From: an uncultured bacterium
GTDB taxonomy: Bacteria; Eisenbacteria; RBG-16-71-46; CAIMUX01; WJJG01
Direction of reading: 5' to 3'
DNA: 64,000 bases
NCBI GenBank assembly: GCA_964482205.1
Contig: CAYZWI010000009.1
Span: 79,586 to 143,585, forward strand
Shown: one piece after another, positions 27,405 to 38,210 of the stretch
Layout of the letters: each line of letters starts with the position of its first letter
How positions within the stretch are numbered: position 1 is the stretch's first letter
Position numbers and translations under genes: made by a program
Notes under the pieces: generated by a model
Told to the model about the DNA's origin: nothing
The model's input: the letters and a program-made list of their open reading frames with translations, nothing else
The model's database searches: none

Positions 27405-28490
27405 TCAGCGGTTGCTGCGCCAGAAGAGAATCGCCCCGAGAATTCCGAAGACGATATTCCCCAGCCAGGCCGCGGCCATCGGATGCAGATGCTCGGTGTA
27501 TCCGAGCGCCTGGCCCACGCGCAGGAAGCCGTAGTACGCGAAGCCCAGCGAAATCGAGATGCCGAATCCCAAGGCCAGCGTTCCGCGAATGATCCTCAGC
27601 GAAAGACAGGTGCCGAGAAGCACCATGATGAAATTCGCGACGGGGAACGCGGCGCGCAGGTGATAGTCGACCCGGTACTTGCTCACCCGCGCCCCTCCTT
27701 CGCCGATGCGCGCGATGTAGTCGTTCAATTGCCCCCGGGTCATGCGGAACGGGTCGTTCTCGATGCGCCGGAATTCGTCCGGCTGCTCCACGAAGCGGCT
27801 GTCCCCGTAGCGCGCGAAGGACGCCATCGTCTCGCGTCCGTCCTGGAAGAGGCGGACGCTGCCGTGCTCGAGCTCGAGAAATCCTTCTTCGTTCCACAGC
27901 GCCTGCGCCGCGTCCGCGCGTTTCCACAGCGTGGGCCCCGCCTGCAACTGCTGCACCGAGACGCCGGTCAGCTGCGGGCGCCGGGGGTCGAATTGCTCGG
28001 CGACATAGACGCGCCCGCCGCGCCCGATGTAGTAGACGTCGCTGCGTCCGATGGAATCGGCCGGGCGCTTCTTCTTGATCGTGACCTCGAGCGTTTCCTC
28101 CTTCTGACGATAGGCGCCGGGGACGAAGAATTCCCCGATCAGGTAGCTGCCTCCGCTCACCAGCAGGCCGAGGGCGAGCACCGGCGCGGTGATCCGCACG
28201 GGAGAGAGCCCGCAGCTTTGCATGGCGGTGATTTCGTTGAATCTCCGCATCTGTCCGAAGGCGAGCACCGCGGCGAGGAGCATTCCGATCGGAAGCACCT
28301 GCACGAAGATGACGGGCAGGCTGTTCAGGTAGTAGGTGAGGATCGCGCCCGTCGAAGCGTGATAGTCGACGAAGGTGTCGATCTTCTCGAAGAGATCGAC
28401 GATGAGATAGATGCCGATGAAGACGCTCAGCCCGAGCAGGAGATGCAGGGCGAATTCGCGCAAGACATGCCGGTCGAGGATGCGCAGCAT
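27405..28490 (-). CDS. lptG: LPS export ABC permease LptG (YjgP/YjgQ family)
   Basis: Six-TM permease with a periplasmic beta-jellyroll insert. ATGA-coupled downstream of lptF. Confidence 0.75.
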   Translation of the reverse strand: MLRILDRHVLREFALHLLLGLSVFIGIYLIVDLFEKIDTFVDYHASTGAILTYYLNSLPVIFVQVLPIGMLLAAVLAFGQMRRFNEITAMQSCGLSPVRITAPVLALGLLVSGGSYLIGEFFVPGAYRQKEETLEVTIKKKRPADSIGRSDVYYIGRGGRVYVAEQFDPRRPQLTGVSVQQLQAGPTLWKRADAAQALWNEEGFLELEHGSVRLFQDGRETMASFARYGDSRFVEQPDEFRRIENDPFRMTRGQLNDYIARIGEGGARVSKYRVDYHLRAAFPVANFIMVLLGTCLSLRIIRGTLALGFGISISLGFAYYGFLRVGQALGYTEHLHPMAAAWLGNIVFGILGAILFWRSNR

Positions 28491-29926
28491 CACTCGCCCT
28501 CCGTTCGCCCGGCGCACGCGGCGGGCGCGTTCGACGCGGGCCCGGCCGCTGCGCGCCCGCGCGCCCCTTCACTTCCCGCCGGCCACAGATGCACGCCGCA
28601 CATCCGCAGCGAGAGCAACACTCCCAGGAATCCCAGGACCACATTGGGCAGCCACATCGCCACGGTGGGGCCGAGCAGGCCCCGGTCGGCGAGCTGCTCG
28701 CCGCCGACCAGACAGAGGTAGTAGAAGATGAAGAACCCGGCGCTCAGGAATCCCGCGGCCAACCCTCCGCGTCTCGCCCGCACGCCCAGCGGAGCGCCGA
28801 CGAGCACGAAGACCACGCACGCGACCGGGATGGAGATCTTCTTCTGAATCTCCACGCGAAACTGGTCCATGCGCTTCAGGATGGCGCGCGCTTGCAGGCC
28901 GGCGACGCGCGCTTCGTCGGCCGCCCGCCGGTTCTGCGGCGTCCAGACGCTGTCGGGCAGGGGAGGCAGTTTCTCGGACGGTCGAGCGCCGCCGGCAAGG
29001 AAGCCGTACCACGGCCGTCCCGGCTGCTCGCCGGGAAGCTGGGCGAGAGACTGCGCCCCGATTTTCTCGAGCAGCTTCCGCGCGGTCTCCTCGTGGGTGC
29101 GGCGTTCCGCGTCGAGCTCGGCGATATAGGCCTTCATGTCCCGGATGGACATCTCCCGCTGGCCGCGCGCGCGCCCTTCCGCGGGAGCGAGCGCCTCCCG
29201 GGACCCCTGGATGTTCAGCGTCTGGCTCTCGAATTCCATCTTGCGGTACACGGGCTTGCCTTCCAATTGCTCGGCCTCGTGGATTTCTCCGGACGAGAGC
29301 TTGAGGCGCAGCATTCCCGAATCCGCGTCGTACTCGAGCGTGCCGTTCTTCGCCAGGATCGTCCGCGGCGGCTGGTCCTTGCGGCTGAAGTCGTGGATCT
29401 GGATGTCGCTCATCTTGCCGGTGCGATCTTCCAACTGTCCGATGAACATCTTGTAGCCGCTGAAGGCGTCGATCCAGACGCCTTCCTGGATCTCCGCGGT
29501 CGGACGCTTGCGATTCACCGCGAGCATCAGGTTCGCCCAGGCGTGGTTCATGTCGGGCAGCACGCGGTCGTTGAAGACCGCCAGCCCCGCCGCGAGCAGC
29601 GCGCTGGCGACGAGGGTGGGGGCGACGATGCGCATCGGGTGGATCCCGCTCGATCGCGCCGCCGAGATCTCGTTGTCCTGCGCCATGCGCCCGTAGGTCA
29701 TGAGCACACCCACCAGCACTCCGCACGGCACCGAGAGGGCCAGCATCCAGCCGAGCCCGAGAAAGAAGAGTTTGAGAACGATCCCGAGGCCGATGCCTTT
29801 ACCCAGGAAGAGGTCGAGGTAATCGAAAAGAAAATCCATCGTCAGAAGAAATGTGACCACGAACGCTCCGAGCAGGAAGGGGCGCACGAGCTGTCGCAGC
29901 ACATAGCGTTCGAGGAGTCGGCTCAT
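28490..29926 (-). CDS. lptF: LPS export ABC permease LptF (YjgP/YjgQ family)
   Basis: MSRLLERYVLRQLVRPFLLG... is the YjgP/YjgQ N-terminus. Large periplasmic insert. Paired with lptG. Confidence 0.75.
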   Translation of the reverse strand: MSRLLERYVLRQLVRPFLLGAFVVTFLLTMDFLFDYLDLFLGKGIGLGIVLKLFFLGLGWMLALSVPCGVLVGVLMTYGRMAQDNEISAARSSGIHPMRIVAPTLVASALLAAGLAVFNDRVLPDMNHAWANLMLAVNRKRPTAEIQEGVWIDAFSGYKMFIGQLEDRTGKMSDIQIHDFSRKDQPPRTILAKNGTLEYDADSGMLRLKLSSGEIHEAEQLEGKPVYRKMEFESQTLNIQGSREALAPAEGRARGQREMSIRDMKAYIAELDAERRTHEETARKLLEKIGAQSLAQLPGEQPGRPWYGFLAGGARPSEKLPPLPDSVWTPQNRRAADEARVAGLQARAILKRMDQFRVEIQKKISIPVACVVFVLVGAPLGVRARRGGLAAGFLSAGFFIFYYLCLVGGEQLADRGLLGPTVAMWLPNVVLGFLGVLLSLRMCGVHLWPAGSEGARGRAAAGPASNAPAACAGRTEGE

Positions 29927-29941
29927 AAATACCTAAGTCTG

Positions 29942-29970
29942 TTGACCGCAAGAAATTGTCTTGCTAGCTT
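29942..29970 (+). promoter_or_regulatory. Putative sigma70-like promoter TTGACC-17-TAGCTT with an embedded 6-bp inverted repeat (GCAAGA-aattg-TCTTGC) in the spacer
   Basis: Read from the divergent lptF/giant-gene intergenic region, which is locally AT-richer. It would give the giant gene a 5' UTR of about 165 nt. Confidence 0.35.
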
Positions 29971-30137
29971 GGCCCGGTTCCAGCGCTTGGTGGTTTTCAA
30001 ACAGAAAAGGACCCCCAGGCCTCCGGATCCGCCTGTTCCGGAGAACCGATGGGAGAAGCGGGAGTATAAACAGGCACATCGGTGGGGTCGACTCACATGT
30101 CCCCTTGCTCCAGCGACCACCCAGGGACGTTGCGCGG

Positions 30138-33100
30138 ATGAGGGTCCGGGAAGCGGCAGGGATAGTCCTTTTGGCGGTGCTGGCCTGTGTGATGGGCCAC
30201 CCGTTCTGGGGAGGTCGCAATGCGCGGCCGCCCGTATTGGCTGCACCCCTTCCCAACGCGACCGCCCATGCGTCGGATCTCATCGCCCTTCCCGATTCCG
30301 GTTCCCTGCGACCCGTTCTCGATTCCTTGAGCGCCTTCCTGCCCGCGCTTTCGGACACTCCGGTTTCCGCCGATTCCCTGATCTCGTCCGGCTCCGCCGC
30401 ATCCGCCGGCTCGGACACGACCATCGTTTCCGCATCCTTCGCCCGCGGCGACTCGCTCGCGGCGGACACGACCAGCGCCTCCGCATCCTTCGCCCGCGGC
30501 GACTCGCTCGCGGCGGACACGACCATCGTTTCCGCATCCTTCGCCCGCGGCGACTCGCTCGCCGCGGACTCGACCAGCGCCATGCCCAGTACCACTCTAC
30601 CCGCCACCCCGGGTTCCGCAACCACGCCCATCGACGGGTTGTCCGGCGGCCACCGGCCGTTCGAGTCCGATCCCTTCCGGATTCTCGCCTCCTGGAATGC
30701 GGGCCCTGGCGATACGGCGAGCGTGCGCCCCTTGCTCTGGTCGGCGAGCGCGGACCCGATGCAGGACGCGCTTCTCTACCGCTTGTACCGGCGCTTGTCC
30801 AGCCGCCGTTTGGTGCGCGACGAGCTTCAGCTTCGTCCGGAGGACTTCGCCCGCGCCGACTCGGTCGCCCTCGCCATCGATGCGCGCCAGGACTCGCTCG
30901 TCGCCGCAGGCGCGGCCGCCGGGGCCTACTACTGGTCGGGCCGCTCGGGCGGGCTGCGCATTCTGCCTCCGCCGGTGCGCAGCCTCGCGGGCGGGCCGCT
31001 CGTCACCTGGCAGCACACCGTCGATCTCGACGAGGCCCGCATCCACCGCAGCCGGCTTCGCCAGGGGCTGGAGATCGACGCGCTGCCGCCCTCGTCGTAC
31101 GGGGACCATCTCGCGCGCATCAGCCGTCTGCACGCCCGCTCGGTGTGGAAGGAGCAGCTCAAGGAATCGATGAAGCGCGCCACCGTGAAGGGCGGACGCG
31201 CGGGTCTCGTCAGAATCTCGCTCCCCTTCGAATTGCCCAAGATGGTCCGCTCGGTTTTCGGGGAAGGCAAGCCCAACCTCTCGGTGAACGGCAGCGAGCG
31301 GATTACCTTCGGCGGACGCAGCCAGTGGTTTCCTCACCGGCCGACCTACGAATTCCAGCGCAAGCCTTCGAAGTTCCCGCAGCTCGAGATGAAGCAGGAC
31401 CTGACCATCCGGTTGAAGGGCAGCATCGGTGACAAGCTCGACGTGGATGTCGATCAGGCGAGCGAGGCGCAGACCTCGCTCGCGAACCGCATCGGGATCC
31501 ACTACCACGGGTACGAGGATGAGATCATCCAGAAGGTCGATCTCGGCAACACCAGCCTGCGCCTTCCCGGAACCGAGTACGTGAGCTACGGTGGCTCTCA
31601 CACCGGCCTCTTCGGCATCAATGCGGAAGCGAAGGTCGGCGATCTGGTCTTCACCACGATCATCAGCAAGGAAGAAGGCGAGACGGCGGAGAAGTCGACC
31701 AGCGTGCGCAGCCAGGAACAGACCAAGACGATCAACGACTACGAGTATGTGAAAGACCGCTTCTTCTTCCTGAACGATCCGGGGGGCGACGCATATCCGG
31801 GAACGGGAGGCCCCTACGACATCGTGCGCATCCGGCAAGGGACGGTGATCCTGTACCTGGACGACGGCGATGGAGACACGCAGGAGACCTTCGCGACCTC
31901 TCCCGGACGCGCCGTGCTGAATCTCGACGGTCCCGTTCCGGCGCTGGGCGACACGACCGCCGGTCCGTACTACTTCCAGCAGCTGGACGAAGGGGTGGAC
32001 TACGAAGTGCTCATCGACGAGCGCAACCAGACCCACCCGATCGTGATCCTGAACCGCTACCTGGAGCAGAACTCGACCCTGGGCGTCATCTACTACGACG
32101 AGGGCCGGCAGAGAAATGTCGGCGGAGTGGCGAACGATTCGCTCTTCGTGAAGATGATCCGCCCGCGCTATGACCTCGTGCAATCCGACATGAACGGCGG
32201 TTCGTGGGGCCCGACCAACCGGCTGATGCTCAAGAATGTCTATCCGCTGCAGCAGTCGCTCGAGAACTGGACCGGCGCGGGCCTGCCCGACAACACGATC
32301 CTGCAGGATGGGTTCGAGCTGCGCATTCACTACAAGGGCACGATCGCGGGCGTCGAGGACCCCGACGAAATCGCGGGCACGCGCCTGATCCGCCACCTCG
32401 GGCTCGACTACTATCAGAAGAGCGACGCGGGGCTGGTCCTCGGCCAGGACAGCCGCGTCGACGATGTCTGGATCGACTTCACCAACGGCTACCTCTTCTT
32501 TCCCGATCTGCGGCCCTTCGCGCCCACCGACGGCAAGGGGGGCGTCGACCTGCGCGGCCGTCCTGGACCGCCTTCCTCGTGGGATGTGCTGCCGCGCGAG
32601 AACTGGAACGGCAACATCTACGACCGCCGCTCGTGCGCGCGCGACCGGGACCTGCCCGGTTCGGACACCACCTGGACGTCGCGGTATTACATCGAGGTGA
32701 AGTACCGCACGCCCGTTTCCGAGCTGCGCATCGACGCCTGGGACATCATCGAAGGCTCCGAGGTGGTCACGGTCGGCAGCCGCAGGCTGGCGCGCGACAC
32801 CGACTACCGCATCGACTATCAGACGGGCGTCATCCGTCTCTACGATCAGGCGGGAATCCGCGAGGACGACGAAATCCGCGTCACCTGCAAGCACGCCGGC
32901 GGTCTCGGCACGGTGAGCAAGACCCTGCTCGGCGCGGCGATGATCTACCAGCCCGAAGACTCCGATTTCTCGATGTCGACTTCGTGGCTGTACGAGCGGC
33001 GCGGCAGTCCCGACCGGCGGCCCCGTCTGGGATCCGAGCCCACGCGCATCGCGGTGGGCGAAGTCGCCGCCCGCTACGCGCGCGAGTCGGGCGGCCTCAC

Positions 33101-36100
33101 CTGGCTGGTCGATCAGCTTCCCTTCCTGAACGCGCGCAAGACTTCGCAGATCTCGCTCGAAGGCGGCATGGGGCTTTCCTTCCCCAATCCGAATACGAGG
33201 AACGATCTCTACATCGACGATTTCGAAGGCGTGGCCGACGACATCTATGTCCGCTTGAACCGCCTGGCATGGCAGCCGGCGGGACTTCCGCAAGTCGGCG
33301 TCCCCGGCCTCGACGAACGCGAGCAGACGGCCCGGCGGGGCGAGATCTGGTGGTACACGCCCTACCGGACCGTGCAGGAAGGCGACCTGAATCCCACTCT
33401 CGAGTACCAGGAAGCGAACGACTACCGCTCGGTGCTCGAACTGCAGATCTGGCCGTACGAAGGCGCGCTCGAGGAGGGCGGAGCGGGAGGCGTGTGCCTG
33501 CCCGAGGAATCGTGGTCCGGCATCGTGCAGGGGCTCTCGACCACGAACCAGGATCTCACCCGCGCGCGATTCCTCGACATCTGGGTGAACGACTTCGTTC
33601 CCTGGGAGCACTTCAAGGAGGACACGACCCTGCGCTCGGGCATCCTGCACGTGGACATCGGGCAGGTGAACGAGGATGTGCCCTGGATGAAGCGGCGCGT
33701 CGACTGCGCCACGAGGCAAGTGCTCGGCGGCCCGGTGCCTCCCGTCAACCGCAGCCTGGACAGCGAAGACCTGAACCGCGACGGGCAGCTCGACCTGAGC
33801 GAGCTGGCCGACGAAGACTCGGGCCTCGACGGCGTCGTCGACGAGGCGGGCAACAGCGCCTTCGACGACTACGAATGGACCGCCGACCCGGAGGGCGAGT
33901 ACGAGACCTTCGAGGATCTGTGTGAAGTCTATCGGGCCGTCAATGGAACCGAGAAGAACGGACGGCTCGATACCGAAGACCTCGACGGCGACAAGAGCCT
34001 CGACCAGATGGACTCGTACTTCGAGTTCACGGTGAACCTCGCCGACACGAGCTTTCTCGAGACCGATGTGCGGCGCGATTACGCGGGCCGGGAGACGAAC
34101 TGGACGCTGCAATCGAACAACGGCTGGCGCCGCATCCGCATTCCGCTCAGCGAAGCCTACATCAGCGAGCGGGTGGGAATGCCTTCCTGGGATGAAGTCA
34201 AGCACCTGCGGATCTGGTTCTCCGGAGTGCCCGAATGGAAACGCATCCAGATCGGCGCGGTCGAGATCCGCTCCAATCGCTGGATCACCGAGCCGGTCCG
34301 CGATCTGGCGGGCAACCAGATTCCTCCCTCCGAGCTCGCCGCCAACGAGGAGGACTTCTTCCCCGGGGTCTACAACAACAAGGAGAACTCGGATGTCTAC
34401 TATCCGCCGTTCGAGCCGCATCGCGACGAGCAGCGCGAATCAGGGGATGTGAAAGAACGCGAGCAGTCGCTGACGATGGAGATGCGCAACTTCCAGCCGG
34501 GCCATGTGGGCCGCGTCAACCAGCCCTTCTTGCGCGATCAGGACTACACCGGCTACGAGTCGCTCGAGCTCTGGCTGAACAGCACCCTTCCGCCCGGCGC
34601 CGAGGCGGAGTTCTTCCTGCGCTTGTGCAAGGACGCGAACGCCGACACGACCGACTTCTACGAATACCGCGTGAAGGTGCCGGTCGCCAGCGGCTCGCGC
34701 CCGAGCGGCCATTGGCAAGAGGTGTGCATTTGGCTCACCGACTTGAGCGACCTGAAGGATCTCGCCGAAGACGCGGACGCCGACATCTCGCGGCAACTGG
34801 AGGACGGGGGCACGGTCCGCATGAAGGGCCATCCCTATTTGACGCGCATCCGGCGGATCACGATGGGGGTCGCCTACCTCGGGCCCGACCCGCTGTCGCA
34901 AGGCAATGTGTGGATCGACGAGCTGCGCCTGGCGAATGTGCACAAGGATGTCGACTACGCCATGCGCATGCAGGTGCGCACCGAGCTCTCGGACTTCGCC
35001 CGGCTCGATTTCAGCTTCCGCCAGACGGGCGCCGATTTCGTGAGCATCAGCGGGGGCGGCTTCAACAAGCGCAAGGAGCGCGAGACGAGCTACGGGCTCT
35101 CGACCGGCACGGTCCCGCTCGAGCGCCTCATGCCCTCCTGGCTCGATCTCTCGCTGCCCTTCAGCTTCCAGCAGGATTGGAGCCGGCGGGTGCCGAAGTA
35201 CCGCACCAACGACGACCTGCTGGTCGAAGACGATCCGAGCGACCGCGACCTGACCGAGCAAATGAATCGCAATTACAGCCTGAGCATCGGCCGTCGCGCT
35301 TCGGCGGCGGGAGGGTTCGCGCGCTACACGATCGACGCGCTGCGCTTCAGCGGGTCGCTGCGCCAGGCGTTCAACGCCAATCCGCAATCGCGCGACTCCA
35401 CGACCACGCGAACCTTGACGGCCAACTACTCTGTGCCCTTCGGCCCCTGGGGCGACATCGGTCTGTACAAGACCTGGAAGGTGCGGCTGCTGCCCACCAG
35501 TCTGGCGCTGGCGTTGACCAAGAGCGAGCGCGACGAGGCGCGCTATCGCCGGGAGAACGGCGATCTGGCGAAGCCCTTCCTCGTCGACGACCGCCGGACC
35601 GTGCGTTCGGGAGGGCTGAGCCTATCGACCTCTTTCAAGCCGATCACCGCGGTGACCTACGATTTCAAGCAGAGCCGCGATCTCATGCTGCGCCAGGAAG
35701 CGTCCTGGCTCGGCGGGCTGAACGTCGGCCGCGAAACTTCCCGCCAGGAGAACCTCTCGGCGAACTATCAATTGCGAATGGTCAAGGGCTGGATCGAGCC
35801 GCGCTTCATTTGGGGCTCCGATTTCCGGGGGAGTTTCAATCGCCAGGGAGGCGCGGGCGGCGGAGGGCTCGAACGCTACAACGAGCTCACGAACAGCCGC
35901 ACCCGCTCCGCCAACTGGGACCTGCCCGTGCAACGGCTGCTCCAACTGCTCGAATCCTCCGGCGCTTCCCAGGAGGTGACGCCGCACCACGCTGAGCTAT
36001 TCGCTCGCCGATCGGAGCACCTTCAACCGGGTGAGCGGCGAGCCGGATGTCGCCTACCAGCTCGGTTTCACGATGGATCCGAAGGTCGAGCGGCTGGAGA

Positions 36101-36864
36101 ACTACCGCGAGGCGCTGGTGCAGGGCACCCAGCTCAAGCTCGACGCGGAGATCCAGGTCGCGGGCACGATCGGAGTGACCGCGCGCTACAGCGATGACGA
36201 TTCCGAGACGCGATCGGCGGGCGTGCTCACCGGGATCCGGGACCGGATTCTCCCGGAAGTGAACATCCGTTGGGGAGAGATTCCCCAGAAGCTGGGCATG
36301 CGCGCCTACTTCCGCAGCTTCAAGGCGAACACGCGCTTCTTGAGAAAAGACAAGCGCACCACCCGCGAGGGAGAGCTGAATCGCCTCGAGCAGGAATCGC
36401 AATGGGCGCCGTTCCTGGATCTCGAGCTGGGCTTCAAGTCCGGCGTGACCGCCACCATGCGCCTCGACCGCTCGACGCGTCACACCGAGGACTTGACCGC
36501 GCTCAAACGGATTTCGGACCGCACCGACTCGAAGATCATGCTCTCCGCGAAAAAGAGCATGACGATCACGCGCGAAGTGACCGTGCCGCTCAAGAAGACG
36601 AAGGAGCGGATCACGACGAAGCTGGACTTGACCTTAAGCTTCAATTACAGCGCCTACCAGGATGTGACCCGGCAGATGGGGTACAATCCGCAGGTGACCG
36701 CGGACGTCAAGCAGTACGAAGCGGGATTGGGCGGCAGCTATCAGTTCACGAGAAGCGTCACCGGCAACATGATCCTGAATTACGGTGAGAACGCGGACAA
36801 CAAGAACCGCACGCGCACGACGCGCTACGCGACGGTGAGCCTCTCCGCCTCGTTCTCGTTCTAG
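30138..36864 (+). CDS. Giant (about 2,240-aa) secreted outer-membrane beta-barrel protein, SprA/Sov-like (type IX secretion translocon candidate); reading frame broken by a +1 shift near 35,976-35,982
   Basis: ATG at 30138 with signal/TM MRVREAAGIVLLAVLACVMG. The frame-0 ORF runs to 36197, but its last 70 or so residues are Arg/Gly-rich junk. Frame +1 is open from 35980 and continues with protein-like beta-strand sequence (TTLSYSLADRSTFNRVSGEPDVAYQLGF...), ending in the OMP C-terminus ...RYATVSLSASFSF* at 36864. Alternating hydrophobic patterns are present throughout. Size and architecture match SprA/Sov. Assignment to that family is inference and needs an HMM search. Confidence 0.55.
30431..30583 (+). 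repeat. Three tandem ~51-nt repeats inside the giant gene, each encoding ...SASFARGDSLAAD(T/S)T...
   Basis: Near-identical DNA units begin at 30431, 30482 and 30533. Each encodes an RGD tripeptide. Confidence 0.8.
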
Positions 36865-36925
36865 GCGGGATGCTGAGACCGCGCGGCCGCGCCGGTCTTT
36901 CAGCGCCCTTTGCGTCGGGAGTTCC

Positions 36926-37909
36926 ATGGAGCGTGGGCTGCGACAGGGGCGGGCTCGCCAGCTCGACCGTTCGCTTCGAACAGTCGCGATCTCGCTTTTG
37001 CTCGCCGCCTGCCTGTTCGCTTGCCCGGCGGCCGCCCGTCCGTCCGGCGACTCCGATTCGCTCTTCACGGCGGCTGAAGCGCTCGGCTCCCGGGCCTTCG
37101 CCCACCTTCAGGCGCAATGCGCCTTCGGGCCGCGGAATCCCGGGTCGAGCGGCCACGCGAAATGCCTGGAGTACATTCAGACGACCCTCGCCCGCGCGGG
37201 CGGGCGGATCACGACCCAGGCCTTCTCGCACCAGGCGCCGGGCCTGTCCGCCCCCGTCGCCCTGACGAATGTGGTCGCCCGCTTCGGTCCCGAGCGGTCC
37301 GGCGGAATCCTGCTCTGCGCTCACTGGGACACCCGGCCTTGGGCGGATCGCGACCCGGACCCTGCCCGGCGGGGCGACCCGATCCTGGGCGCGAACGACG
37401 GCGGATCGGGCACGGGGTTGCTGCTCGCCCTGGCCGAACGCCTGGCCGAGGAACCGCCCGATTTTCCGGTGACCCTGGTCTTCTTCGACGGGGAAGACCT
37501 CGGACGGGAAGGGCATGGCGAGGAGTATCTCGCGGGGTCGGTCCACTTCGCCGAGCGTCTTCCGGAACTCCTTCCGCACCTTTGTCTTCTGCTCGACATG
37601 GTGGCCAGCGAGACGATGGTGCTGACCCTCGAAGCCACCTCCCGGTCGCTGCAGCCCGATTGGGCGGGAGTCATCGACGGCATCGCGGAGCGATGGGCCA
37701 TCTCCACCTACGATCCCATCTGGGCGCCCCCCGTCATCGACGACCACATCCCGCTGCTCCAAGCCGGTTTGCCGGCCCTCTGCCTGATCGACTTCCGGGA
37801 CCCCCACTGGCACACCCACGCCGATTCGCCGGCGCACTGCTCGGCCGCGTCCCTGAGAGACACGGCGCTCGTCGTCCTCGGCCTTCTCGAGGGGCCCCAC
37901 CTGCGTTAG
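36926..37909 (+). CDS. M28-family zinc peptidase / glutaminyl-peptide cyclotransferase-like lipoprotein
   Basis: Lipobox LLLAACLFAC. M28/QC metal-ligand context HWDTR, DGGSGTG and FFDGEDLG. About 327 aa, immediately downstream of the giant beta-barrel gene. Confidence 0.6.
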   Translation: MERGLRQGRARQLDRSLRTVAISLLLAACLFACPAAARPSGDSDSLFTAAEALGSRAFAHLQAQCAFGPRNPGSSGHAKCLEYIQTTLARAGGRITTQAFSHQAPGLSAPVALTNVVARFGPERSGGILLCAHWDTRPWADRDPDPARRGDPILGANDGGSGTGLLLALAERLAEEPPDFPVTLVFFDGEDLGREGHGEEYLAGSVHFAERLPELLPHLCLLLDMVASETMVLTLEATSRSLQPDWAGVIDGIAERWAISTYDPIWAPPVIDDHIPLLQAGLPALCLIDFRDPHWHTHADSPAHCSAASLRDTALVVLGLLEGPHLR

Positions 37910-38008
37910 CAGAATCCTGAAAACCGGCAACATGGCCGGCTGGCGCTCGGAACGCGGCGCCGTCGGCTTTTCAGGACCCTGCAAGGGGCGGGAAATTCGT
38001 TCCCGAAG

Positions 38009-38025
38009 CGGATGGAATCCATCCG
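38009..38025. promoter_or_regulatory. Perfect 17-bp palindrome CGGATGGA-A-TCCATCCG in the ~300-bp leader upstream of rimP-nusA-infB
   Basis: Read directly from the sequence. Candidate operator or structured leader element. Confidence 0.35.
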
Positions 38026-38210
38026 ATCGCCTCTGTATACCCTTGGATTACGCTTGCTCAGGTGTTCCGATCCGGGTACTCTGGAAGCGTTCGGGCGGGC
38101 GGTTTCGTCCGCTCGGTTTTGTGTTTGAAGCGAGGCCTGCTTTCCCGGCCTTGAGGCTGGGAAGGTGTGCCCCTTTTGGGCGTTCCGGGCCGGCAGGCCC
38201 CGAGATCGGC

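Noticed and set aside
29961-30137. 59-codon N-terminal extension of the giant ORF in the six-frame track (TTG at 29961)
   Set aside because: The extension is Arg-rich and lacks a signal peptide. The ATG at 30138 is followed by a hydrophobic signal/TM segment. The upstream stretch better fits a promoter/5' UTR shared with divergent lptF.
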